A DNA stretch of 64,000 nt from Campylobacterota bacterium (lineage in GTDB: Bacteria; Bdellovibrionota; Bacteriovoracia; Bacteriovoracales; Bacteriovoracaceae). Position 1 is the first letter of the stretch. Each line of letters begins with the position of its first letter. The notes below the pieces were generated by a model, which worked only from the letters and a program-made list of their open reading frames with translations, made no database searches and was not told the origin of the DNA. Positions 1 through 7,940 of the stretch are shown here, in pieces. Position numbers and translations under genes: made by a program. The DNA lies in assembly GCA_003650125.1 (NCBI GenBank), contig QNFX01000004.1, positions 19,738-83,737 on the forward strand, given 5' to 3'.

Positions 1-104
1 ACCTCAATATTGATATCTTCACCAATTTCCTGGGATGATTTCTTCTCCATTCCAGCACAAGAGACCAAAAATATTAAAATAAATAATAATTTTTTTTGAA
101 ACAT
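1..104 (-). CDS. lipoprotein, N-terminal fragment (gene continues past the window start)
   Basis: Minus-strand ATG at 104-102 gives MFQKKLLFILIFLVSCAGMEKKSSQEIGEDINIEV...: basic n-region, hydrophobic core and LVSC lipobox. Open to position 1. Absent from the ORF track because the window edge cuts it. Confidence 0.4.
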   Translation of the reverse strand, partial: MFQKKLLFILIFLVSCAGMEKKSSQEIGEDINIE

Positions 105-140
105 CTACCTCATCCCTTTAAAATGAATTTAGGAGAATCC

Positions 141-926
141 ATGAATTCAATAACCGTTTTAGGCTCAGGCACCAGTACCGGAATACCTATGCTAGGTTGC
201 AAGTGTGACGTTTGTAAATCCCAAGATGTGAAAAATAAGCGTCTACGATCAAGCATTCTATTGCAAATTGATGAAGTAAAAATATTGGTAGACACCACTC
301 CAGACCTTCGAACACAATTTTTAAATAATGATATCGATGATATTGATGCGGTGATAATCACCCATGACCATGCTGATCATCTCCATGGCATTGATGATTT
401 AAGACCCCTTTGCTTTGAACATCCCTTATCCATTTACACTTCAAAGAATTGTGAAAAGGACATTAAGACAAGATTTCCTTATATGTTTAAAGAAAAGCAT
501 CCTGATGCTGGATCTATTCCTGTGATTAGTTTGGAAACAGTAGAGCTAGGTAAAAGTTTTGATATTAAGGGAGTCTCTTTTGAATTTTTCCTCCTTCCCC
601 ATGGCCCTTTTACTACTTTAGGGTTTGTTCAGGGTGGTTTTGCCTATTTGATTGATTGCAGTGATATTCCCCCAAGTACCTTACAGTTGTTAAAAGAGAA
701 GAATTTAGAATTACTTATTATTGACTGCGTACAAAGGCCCCCTCATAAAACCCATCTAAATGTGGACAAAGCTTTCAATTTTATTAGGGAAATATCTCCA
801 AAACAGGCGGGACTAATCCATATGGGACATGGGTTAGAGCACGAAAAACTGGCAAAAGAGGCCAAAGATAATTTCGATTTTCCTGTTTTCCCCCTTTATG
901 ATAAATTAAAACTCAATTACCGCTAA
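141..926 (+). CDS. MBL-fold metallo-hydrolase (PhnP/beta-lactamase superfamily)
   Basis: ORF 96..926. ITHDHADHLHG is the HxHxDH metallo-beta-lactamase motif, and VLGSGTSTGIP is the typical N-terminus. Start moved to the ATG at 141, which follows AGGAG (131-135). The TTG at 96 would overlap the divergent lipoprotein gene. Confidence 0.75.
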   Translation: MNSITVLGSGTSTGIPMLGCKCDVCKSQDVKNKRLRSSILLQIDEVKILVDTTPDLRTQFLNNDIDDIDAVIITHDHADHLHGIDDLRPLCFEHPLSIYTSKNCEKDIKTRFPYMFKEKHPDAGSIPVISLETVELGKSFDIKGVSFEFFLLPHGPFTTLGFVQGGFAYLIDCSDIPPSTLQLLKEKNLELLIIDCVQRPPHKTHLNVDKAFNFIREISPKQAGLIHMGHGLEHEKLAKEAKDNFDFPVFPLYDKLKLNYR

Positions 927-1008
927 GCGTTGTTAATATTTTGCTTTTATAAACCCCTCAAAATTAATATATTGGCCGAATTAAAATTACTTAAAAAAGG
1001 TGAATAGC

Positions 1009-2115
1009 ATGAAGATAGGAATCCCTAAGGAAATTAAAGTATCTGAAAATCGTGTCGGCATGGTCCCTAGTGGAGTACAGCAATTAGTTCATGATGGAAA
1101 TGAAGTATATGTACAAAGCTCTGCCGGAATGGGGGTCGGACTTTCTGATGAGATGTATATCAATGCCGGTGCCAAGATTCTGCCTACGATAGAAGATATT
1201 TTTGCAACTGCTGAAATGATTATTAAAGTAAAAGAGCCACAGCCAGTAGAGATTGCTCTTTTAAGGCCTCATCATATTCTTTATACCTATCTTCACCTCG
1301 CTGCCGATATTAACCTCACTAAAGGATTATTAGAATCAGGGGCCACATGTGTTGCCTATGAAACCATCCAAGTTGCCGATGGATCTCTTCCGCTTTTAAT
1401 TCCCATGTCTGAAGTTGCCGGAAGAATGGGGACGCAAGTAGGGGCCACTTATTTGCAAAATGAAAAAGGTGGTAAAGGGATCTTACTTGGTGGTGTTCCC
1501 GGTGTTCCCCGGGGAAAAGTGACCGTAATTGGTTGTGGAATAGCCGGAACTAATGCCATCAAAATGGCCATGGGACTAGGTGCTTCCGTTACCGCCATTG
1601 ATATATCAGGAAAAAGGCTGGCCCAATTAGACGACTTATTTGAATGTCGAATAACTACTTTGTTTTCCAATATGGGAAATATAGAAAAATCAGTAATTGA
1701 AGCAGACTTGGTAATTGGCGCGGTCTTAATTCCTGGAGCTAAGGCACCAAAACTAGTTACCAAAGAGATGATTGCTAAAATGCAGCCTGGCTCTGTAGTT
1801 GTAGATATTGCTATTGACCAAGGCGGAAGTATTGAAACTTGTAGACCTACTACTCATGAAGATCCCACTTATGTGATAGATGGAGTAATTCACTACTCTG
1901 TTGCCAATATTCCAGGAGCGGTTGCCAGAACTTCAACCTATGCCTTAACTAATGCCACTTTAAAGTATGCCCGCTTAATCGCTAATAAGGGTATTGATGA
2001 AGCTGCGAGAGGTAGTCTTCCGCTACAAAAAGGTATCAATATTTATAAAGGGGATTTGGTTTATGAGGCGGTGGCAAAAGACCACAACCTACCCTACAGC
2101 GAATTAAAATTATAA
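1009..2115 (+). CDS. ald: alanine dehydrogenase
   Basis: MKIGIPKEIKVSENRVGMVPSG N-terminus, VIGCGIAGTNA Rossmann loop, and full-length similarity to Ald as I recall it. Start set to the ATG at 1009 behind AAGGTGA. Confidence 0.9.
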   Translation: MKIGIPKEIKVSENRVGMVPSGVQQLVHDGNEVYVQSSAGMGVGLSDEMYINAGAKILPTIEDIFATAEMIIKVKEPQPVEIALLRPHHILYTYLHLAADINLTKGLLESGATCVAYETIQVADGSLPLLIPMSEVAGRMGTQVGATYLQNEKGGKGILLGGVPGVPRGKVTVIGCGIAGTNAIKMAMGLGASVTAIDISGKRLAQLDDLFECRITTLFSNMGNIEKSVIEADLVIGAVLIPGAKAPKLVTKEMIAKMQPGSVVVDIAIDQGGSIETCRPTTHEDPTYVIDGVIHYSVANIPGAVARTSTYALTNATLKYARLIANKGIDEAARGSLPLQKGINIYKGDLVYEAVAKDHNLPYSELKL

Positions 2116-3027
2116 TTTTCTCAGGACTTTATCTAGCTCATCCTTAAAGGAATTAACCGCTAGAACCTCTTCTCCAGAAGGGCGAGAGTCCTGATCACAA
2201 TTGTTGCCATTTTCATCACAGTAATTGATTTTATAGCAGCTATTTTTTTGTAGAAGATCGGACTTGCCTCTAACTAGAATCCCCTCTACTTCACCTGATT
2301 TTAGATTAAAAACTGGAGATCCTGAATTCCCTTGGAAGCTATCTAAGTTGGTAGCAAAAAAGATTTCTCCATTGTTAATAACTCTAGCATTGCTGGCCAC
2401 TTTCAAAGGAAGTCCCATCGGGTGTCCCATAATTAAAAGTCGATCACCTTCTCTAGCAATTGAATCACGGTTTAATATAACGGGATCACGACCCAAGACC
2501 TCTCTATCTAGCTCAACAATGGCGTAGTCAACACCAGTTCTCATATTCATAATTTCTTTGTGGACTTTTTTACAGCGATAGACATTTTCCGGCCAAATTG
2601 CCATCTTCATGGAATTTCTATTTCTTGGTACTTTATAGTCAAATACCCAGTTGGCATGCTTACACATATCTCTTCTAAATGTGGCATAGCAATGTCCGGC
2701 AGTTACAATAATTTTTGGATGAACTAAAAAGCCGGTACACATCCCAGCAGTTGGTTGCTCGTCAAAGTTTTCTTTACCACAAAATCCATAGGCATCTTTT
2801 AACTTCTTAACCCTCCGGGAAAATTCCATATAATCTCCTATCAGAGATTTTTTAAGATTTCTCTTTTCAATCATTGCGGCCACAGAATCACCTAGATAGG
2901 CCAGGGGAGAAGCTACAAACTGATACATTTCTAAGCGATCATCTTTACCGTAGATAACCTTATCAATTCCATATGAATTAAAAGAAATAGACAGAACCCC
3001 TATAAGTGCTAGGCAAATTTTCTTCAA
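2110..3027 (-). CDS. secreted trypsin-like (S1) serine protease
   Basis: Signal peptide, then a catalytic triad context: TAGHC (His), DYAIVELD (Asp), GNSGSPV (Ser). Confidence 0.8.
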   Translation of the reverse strand: MKKICLALIGVLSISFNSYGIDKVIYGKDDRLEMYQFVASPLAYLGDSVAAMIEKRNLKKSLIGDYMEFSRRVKKLKDAYGFCGKENFDEQPTAGMCTGFLVHPKIIVTAGHCYATFRRDMCKHANWVFDYKVPRNRNSMKMAIWPENVYRCKKVHKEIMNMRTGVDYAIVELDREVLGRDPVILNRDSIAREGDRLLIMGHPMGLPLKVASNARVINNGEIFFATNLDSFQGNSGSPVFNLKSGEVEGILVRGKSDLLQKNSCYKINYCDENGNNCDQDSRPSGEEVLAVNSFKDELDKVLRKL

Positions 3028-3151
3028 TTATGAGCTCCATGACAGTTGATTAGATTAGAATGGTATACCAGGCCCTTAAGCTATAAAAAAGAAAAAATTA
3101 CTTACAACTGCATGGATTGATGCGCGTTGGTCGGCATGTTAAAATGAACTG

Positions 3152-4264
3152 TCAACCACCCCTCCCTAAAGGAAGGGGCTTGTAATTAGGAGATTGCTCC
3201 CCCACTACGTTCGGCCGATTGACTGCGGCCCTACTTGAGATTACACAAGCAGCGTTGATGTCGGCGTGGACGGTATAACCACACGACTGACAGGAGAAAA
3301 GAGATTGGGATTTTCGATTGGATTTTTTAGTATGTCCGCAACTAGAACATTCCTGGGAAGTGTATCTTGGGTCGACCAAAATCACTTCAATTCCCTCTTT
3401 TCTCGCTTTATACCAGATCTTCCCGGCAAGATCGTTAAATGCCCAAGAATGGAGTTGATACCGCAGGCCCTTCCTAACCGTTACTCTAGATCTTATTCCC
3501 TTGAGGTTTTCAAGGGCAATTCCCACAGAGTGCCTTTGGGCCGTTTCAACAATTTTTTTGGATATTTGATGGTTGATATCTTTGGCAAATCTTCTTTCTT
3601 TTTTGCTTCTTTTTTTCAAAAGGTTTTTGGCAGACTTGGTTCCCTTGGATTGAAGCTTTGCTCTAAGTTTAAGATTTCTAATCCTAACAGAGCTGATGTG
3701 AGAACCACTGTAAATTTTTTCCAAGCTGTCAGTGGCGATGTTGGTGATGCCAAGATCTACCCCAAGATATTGCTCAACAGGAACAGGTTCCTTTTCCGGA
3801 ACCTCACAAGTGGTGTAGAGGAAAAAATCTCCATTTTTATAGATCAGATCAGATTCACCTTTTTGAAATTTGAGTTGTTCTTTTTGTCTTTCTCCACAAA
3901 GATAAGAAAACTTTTTACGACCACCAATCGCCCAGATAGAGACCTCTTCATCTTTCCAAGTCAAAATTCTAGAGTCGTAGGTGATGGCACCATGTTCTCT
4001 AAATTTTCTGATTTTTTTAATATCAAGTTTGTAGCTGTCAGCGACCTTGGATATCGCTCTTACAACGAGTTGAGCGGAGAGATCAAAGCAATCTCGAATA
4101 GGGTGGTAGAGCATTTGGTGGATATCGTATTGGCGAAAAACCTTGTATTCAAAAGCAGATTTACTAATACCATTGCAAACTTCGTTAAACTGCTCCATAG
4201 TTTCAAGCAAAGATTGTTTGTCTTCCCTAGAAATTATAAGTTTAACTTGCGTAGTCAGTTTCAC
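3152..4264 (-). CDS. tnpB: TnpB (IS605 OrfB / IS1341-type) RNA-guided endonuclease
   Basis: 370 aa with a RuvC-like triad context: GVDLGITNIAT (D), GIALENL (E), HADINAA (D). Zinc ribbon CSSCGH...CQSCG. N-terminal KLTTQVKL..EDKQSLLETMEQFNEVCN is typical of OrfB. GTG start. Confidence 0.9.
   Translation of the reverse strand: MKLTTQVKLIISREDKQSLLETMEQFNEVCNGISKSAFEYKVFRQYDIHQMLYHPIRDCFDLSAQLVVRAISKVADSYKLDIKKIRKFREHGAITYDSRILTWKDEEVSIWAIGGRKKFSYLCGERQKEQLKFQKGESDLIYKNGDFFLYTTCEVPEKEPVPVEQYLGVDLGITNIATDSLEKIYSGSHISSVRIRNLKLRAKLQSKGTKSAKNLLKKRSKKERRFAKDINHQISKKIVETAQRHSVGIALENLKGIRSRVTVRKGLRYQLHSWAFNDLAGKIWYKARKEGIEVILVDPRYTSQECSSCGHTKKSNRKSQSLFSCQSCGYTVHADINAACVISSRAAVNRPNVVGEQSPNYKPLPLGRGG
3159..3178 (-). 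repeat. right-end subterminal hairpin of the tnpB element (inside the tnpB 3' codons)
   Basis: Minus strand reads CCCCT-TCC-TTTA-GGG-AGGGG: an 8-bp stem containing one T.G pair and a 4-nt loop. Same architecture as the hairpin at 4349-4368. Confidence 0.6.
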
Positions 4265-4348
4265 GATAAAAATAATAACACAAGGAGATCAAATGGCCAA
4301 ATTCAACAGCAATGGTTTTGGTTCTCGCCGAATGGCATCTCCATTTCT

Positions 4349-4368
4349 CTCCGCCCTGAAGGACGGAG
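4349..4368 (-). repeat. left-end subterminal hairpin of the tnpB element
   Basis: Minus strand reads CTCCG-TCC-TTCA-GGG-CGGAG. The inner TCC/GGG and the loop class match the right-end hairpin. Two outer stem positions differ and both changes are compensated. Confidence 0.6.
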
Positions 4369-4386
4369 TTTCCAGGAGATAATTTG

Positions 4387-4848
4387 ATGAATAAATGGAT
4401 AAACAAAATTTTAATCTTTCTATATTTAGCAGCTTCCTGCGCAACACTATACCTTTTTATATCTTGGTATCACTATGAAAGGCCGCAGATTGATGAATCT
4501 CAGGCGCGAAGAAAATTTTTAGAAGATAGTAGGAAACTTAAAGTTTCGGATACACTTAAAATAGAAAATTTAATTATTAATCTTCCCTCCCGTACGAGGA
4601 AGTTAAGATTTTTAGACCTTAGTGCTCACATCGTACCATTTAATGAAAATGATCTGAAAATTTTAGAAGAACAGGAATATATTATTAGAGATTCAATCAT
4701 TGAGATCGCCGGAAAAATGCGGCCAAAAAAACTTAATTCCATATCTGGAAAGCTCATATTAGAGGATAGAATAGTTAGAAGGATAAATGATATCTACAAA
4801 CAAGATATGATAAAAGAACTCTATTTTTCTAAATTTTTAGTTCAGTAG
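4387..4848 (+). CDS. fliL: flagellar basal-body-associated protein FliL
   Basis: N-terminal TM helix followed by the FliL-type domain (LIINLPS..LRFLDLSAHIV......IIRDSIIEIAGKM....L.SISGKLILEDRIVRRIN......IKELYFSKFLVQ). ATG at 4387 behind AGGAG at 4374-4378. Confidence 0.65.
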   Translation: MNKWINKILIFLYLAASCATLYLFISWYHYERPQIDESQARRKFLEDSRKLKVSDTLKIENLIINLPSRTRKLRFLDLSAHIVPFNENDLKILEEQEYIIRDSIIEIAGKMRPKKLNSISGKLILEDRIVRRINDIYKQDMIKELYFSKFLVQ

Positions 4849-5028
4849 AGGCCCATGCCCTGGAGCATTCTCATCAACTTCTTCGGTATTAACCAAATTT
4901 TTAGTATCATCAGGTAATGCAGCTTCGATCTTTGCAACTTCAGATTTGCTGAGCTTTCCCTCATTAAGTTGCTTGTCGCGAATACGAACATCCATCATTT
5001 TTTCGTTAAGTGCCTTTTTTAATCTCAC
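4837..5028 (-). CDS. small hypothetical protein (63 aa, acidic C-terminus)
   Basis: Supported only by the ORF. GTG start or the internal ATG-ATG are both possible. No recognisable motif. Sits downstream of the rhomboid gene on the same strand. Confidence 0.3.
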   Translation of the reverse strand: MRLKKALNEKMMDVRIRDKQLNEGKLSKSEVAKIEAALPDDTKNLVNTEEVDENAPGHGPLLN

Positions 5029-5094
5029 GGTACTTTGCCTTTGATTTAAAATTTAATGTGGAAAATTAGCATTAAATAGCAGTGAAGGCAACAC

Positions 5095-5769
5095 TTAGTG
5101 CCAATGTTTCGGTGGGTCTTTTTCACCTTTTTTCAAGTCCTTAACTAGATATAGGTTGCCTCTTCCCTTAGGTTTACGACTTTTTTTGGGGCGAGACAGG
5201 TAAACCATGTAAGCATATCCAAAGGCCATAGATCCCAAATGGGCCAGCGAAATGGCCCCCATGGAAGAAAATATCCCTAAATAGATCTCCATCCCGATCA
5301 TAATCATGCAAAAATATTTCGCCTTAATGGGAAAAACGAACATAAAGGAGAATAATCTATTGGGATATAAAATAGCATAGGCCAACATTAAAAAGTTAAT
5401 GATTCCCGACAGTCCAGTAAGAATCCCTCCAGAAGAAACCAGAGATATTAAAAGATAAGTTATTCCGGCCCCTAAAACTGCCACTAAAAGAAAGCTGATA
5501 TACCTTTTTCTTCCCCATGAATGCTCAAGATCACTCCCCACAAACCATAGCAAAAGAGAGTTAAATAAGACCTCCATAAGGCCTTGACCCATAAGTGGGT
5601 AGGTCAATATTTGGTAGATATGGCCTGAAAAAAACTTGGTCCCAGAAAGACCTAGATATATCACTAAGTGAGAAAAGATACTTTGCAGAATAAAAAAGGT
5701 CACACAGGAAATAATTAAAATCTTATTAGAAAAACTGAGCGGAGGTACATGAATTTGTCCAGATTGCAT
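5095..5769 (-). CDS. rhomboid-family intramembrane serine protease
   Basis: Six or more TM segments. GLSGIINF (GxSG catalytic Ser) and a later LAHLGSMAFG (catalytic His) in the usual rhomboid spacing. Confidence 0.8.
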   Translation of the reverse strand: MQSGQIHVPPLSFSNKILIISCVTFFILQSIFSHLVIYLGLSGTKFFSGHIYQILTYPLMGQGLMEVLFNSLLLWFVGSDLEHSWGRKRYISFLLVAVLGAGITYLLISLVSSGGILTGLSGIINFLMLAYAILYPNRLFSFMFVFPIKAKYFCMIMIGMEIYLGIFSSMGAISLAHLGSMAFGYAYMVYLSRPKKSRKPKGRGNLYLVKDLKKGEKDPPKHWH

Positions 5770-5911
5770 ATCTAGCTTTCCTCTTGAGCGGGTTTTTCAT
5801 ATACTAGTTCATAACCCTTACTTTTCAATTCTAAACATTTCTTTTCAATATTTGAACAACTAAAGGAGAGATCTATCACCAAAAATTTCCTTATGAGAGA
5901 ATTCTTGATTA

Positions 5912-7870
5912 CTAGAAGGTGATAATACTCCCATTGTCATTTACAATTGGTGGATCAATCGCCTGTGAACAATCTGGATTAACTGGATCAAATGCTGGAA
6001 CCGATGGTTGTAGCGGTGAAATACAGACTCCATTTCTACACCTACCAAAGGTAGGGGTATAATAACATCTCAGAGCACACTCAAGCCTTCCAAGAGGATC
6101 AGTTCCAGTTTTCACCACATAACAAGTAGTGAGATTTTCCTTTCGGCAAAATTGAGCATCCACACAGGTTTGTCCTGGCGCCTTAGCACAAAGAGTAGTC
6201 TCTTCTTCAGAAATTACATGAACAGCACAAACTCCTCTAGATTGATCACAACAAAGACTTGAACATTGAAAATCAGAAGTGCAAGTTTCCCCAATGCCCA
6301 GATGACCTAGAAGGTCATCATCTTCAGCACATCTAGAAATAAGATTTCTATCCCAACAACGCTTATTAAAGCAACACTCTCCAGAACCACAAGATCTGTT
6401 AGTAGAACAAGACCTCATAGATTGATATAAAACTTCCTGCCCGCCCATAGTCTCACTATCTTTTAAGCTCGGTCTTATAAGCTGTAGTTTTAATTGATGA
6501 TCTGGTTGGCGAAGTAAAGATATCTCCTTCCCATTTTCATCAGTGGTTAAAATCTCTATAGTCGCAGTGATATTACAAGAAGAAAGTCCCTCATTAGCGA
6601 ACATATTTAAATTATTTACTCTTTGGTTACACCCATCCATAAATAGAGTATTTCCCGAAGACACGAGAGTTTCAAGAAACCTCTCCCCCAAAATATTTTC
6701 TGAACCCCAGTACTGTACCTCTCTTGAGAGAGTATTTCTTACAGGCCTTGGAAATAACAAAGAGACGTATCCTGAGTCGTGATTTCCTGGTGATAAATAA
6801 TTTTTTTGATATATTCCTACCGCCTGGTGTTCCTTAGAACTTTCATAAGTAATGGCATTACCTTCTACCTGCCAACCAGATGCATTAAAAGCACGATAAG
6901 GCCCTTGGTAAAAATAACTCTTTTCGACACCATCTTGTTTTAAAACTACTAAATCATTATAACTTAAATTTGAGCTACCACTTCCCACGCTATAAGCATT
7001 TAAAACACCTTTTAGGTTAGCAGTATAATTATTATCAGGAAGACACTTGTTAACTGCTTCTACAATCGTTTCATTGAGGTATTCTTCTCCTAAAATATCT
7101 ATCTGCATTTCGGTTGGATTAAAGGCCAAGTTTTTATCATCAATTAGTCCCTTGTCTCGAATACTGGCGTAAGTATAAAGACAACGCTCCCCTTGTTGAT
7201 CACATTTTTGATTTTCAGATGAGGCCTCAAAGGTAGGATCATCTCGAAGGTTTAATCCCCTACAATATAAAGAAGTGTCCAAAGGATCAGAAGTTGGACC
7301 TTCTAATTCCCCAACGTCATCTCTGAAAACTTCTTTTCCCGTATCATCTCGATAATCATTATAATCAAAAAGATGATAGAGTAATCGTACTTTCTCAAAA
7401 GGTTTCCCTTTAAAATCGAGTTGCAATACCTGCATGGCAACTTGAGGAGTTACACCATCGGTAGTACCGCCTACGGTTGCATTTACATCTACTGGTTCTA
7501 ATTCTCGACCAAAACGAAATCTCACTTTGACCAATTTATTGTTTAGTTGAGTTATGTTAATTCCGGCAATAAATAGAGTTCCCCCGAAATTTTTTGGCAG
7601 CGAGAGCTTTGTTTGGTATGTCCCATCAATAGGATCGATAAAATTTCTAAGTTCAATGGCAACCGGAGTTGAAGGCCCATCATCATCTTGCTCAATGGAT
7701 CCATCATAAGGCCCGGCCCCACGATATCTTGGTTTGGGTATTTCCCTATTAGTCGTGGGAACTTTAGGTTCGATAGTCTCTGGTTTAACAGGAATTTTTC
7801 TCTCAGAGGATAAATCCGTATTAATACAGGAAAGTAAAAAAATCATAAAAAATAAGGCCGAAAATTTCAT
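5912..7870 (-). CDS. large lipoprotein with a cysteine-rich C-terminal module
   Basis: MKFSALFFMIFLLSCIN lipobox. 652 aa. The last ~170 aa carry about 30 Cys, with a repeated C-x5-C-x3/4-CC-x4/6-C pattern. Confidence 0.7.
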   Translation of the reverse strand: MKFSALFFMIFLLSCINTDLSSERKIPVKPETIEPKVPTTNREIPKPRYRGAGPYDGSIEQDDDGPSTPVAIELRNFIDPIDGTYQTKLSLPKNFGGTLFIAGINITQLNNKLVKVRFRFGRELEPVDVNATVGGTTDGVTPQVAMQVLQLDFKGKPFEKVRLLYHLFDYNDYRDDTGKEVFRDDVGELEGPTSDPLDTSLYCRGLNLRDDPTFEASSENQKCDQQGERCLYTYASIRDKGLIDDKNLAFNPTEMQIDILGEEYLNETIVEAVNKCLPDNNYTANLKGVLNAYSVGSGSSNLSYNDLVVLKQDGVEKSYFYQGPYRAFNASGWQVEGNAITYESSKEHQAVGIYQKNYLSPGNHDSGYVSLLFPRPVRNTLSREVQYWGSENILGERFLETLVSSGNTLFMDGCNQRVNNLNMFANEGLSSCNITATIEILTTDENGKEISLLRQPDHQLKLQLIRPSLKDSETMGGQEVLYQSMRSCSTNRSCGSGECCFNKRCWDRNLISRCAEDDDLLGHLGIGETCTSDFQCSSLCCDQSRGVCAVHVISEEETTLCAKAPGQTCVDAQFCRKENLTTCYVVKTGTDPLGRLECALRCYYTPTFGRCRNGVCISPLQPSVPAFDPVNPDCSQAIDPPIVNDNGSIITF

Positions 7871-7940
7871 AAATATATTTCGGAATTTCCACCTATTTTC
7901 ATGCCTTTTAAAGAAGATGGGGGTAAAAAATACCTAGTGC

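Larger units (their letters stand above)
3144..4386 (-). mobile_element. IS200/IS605-family element carrying only tnpB (no tnpA); boundaries approximate
   Basis: A TnpB ORF lies between two co-oriented subterminal hairpins (3159-3178 and 4349-4368). TTCAT sits 18 nt outside the left hairpin and 10 nt outside the right hairpin on the tnpB-sense strand. No Y1 (HUH) transposase ORF in the window. Confidence 0.6.

Noticed and set aside
4143-4382. 79-aa plus-strand ORF ending ...ASPFLSALKDGVSRR, spanning the tnpB 5' region and the left hairpin
   Set aside because: It overlaps the tnpB N-terminus antisense and then runs through the IS left end. There is no SD and no family resemblance. The hairpin explains the sequence conservation better than coding does.
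3266-4387. 373-aa plus-strand ORF, the longest in this region
   Set aside because: It is the antisense shadow of tnpB. Its translation is low-complexity (F/L/S/R-rich) with no motif, while the minus-strand frame has a complete TnpB motif set.
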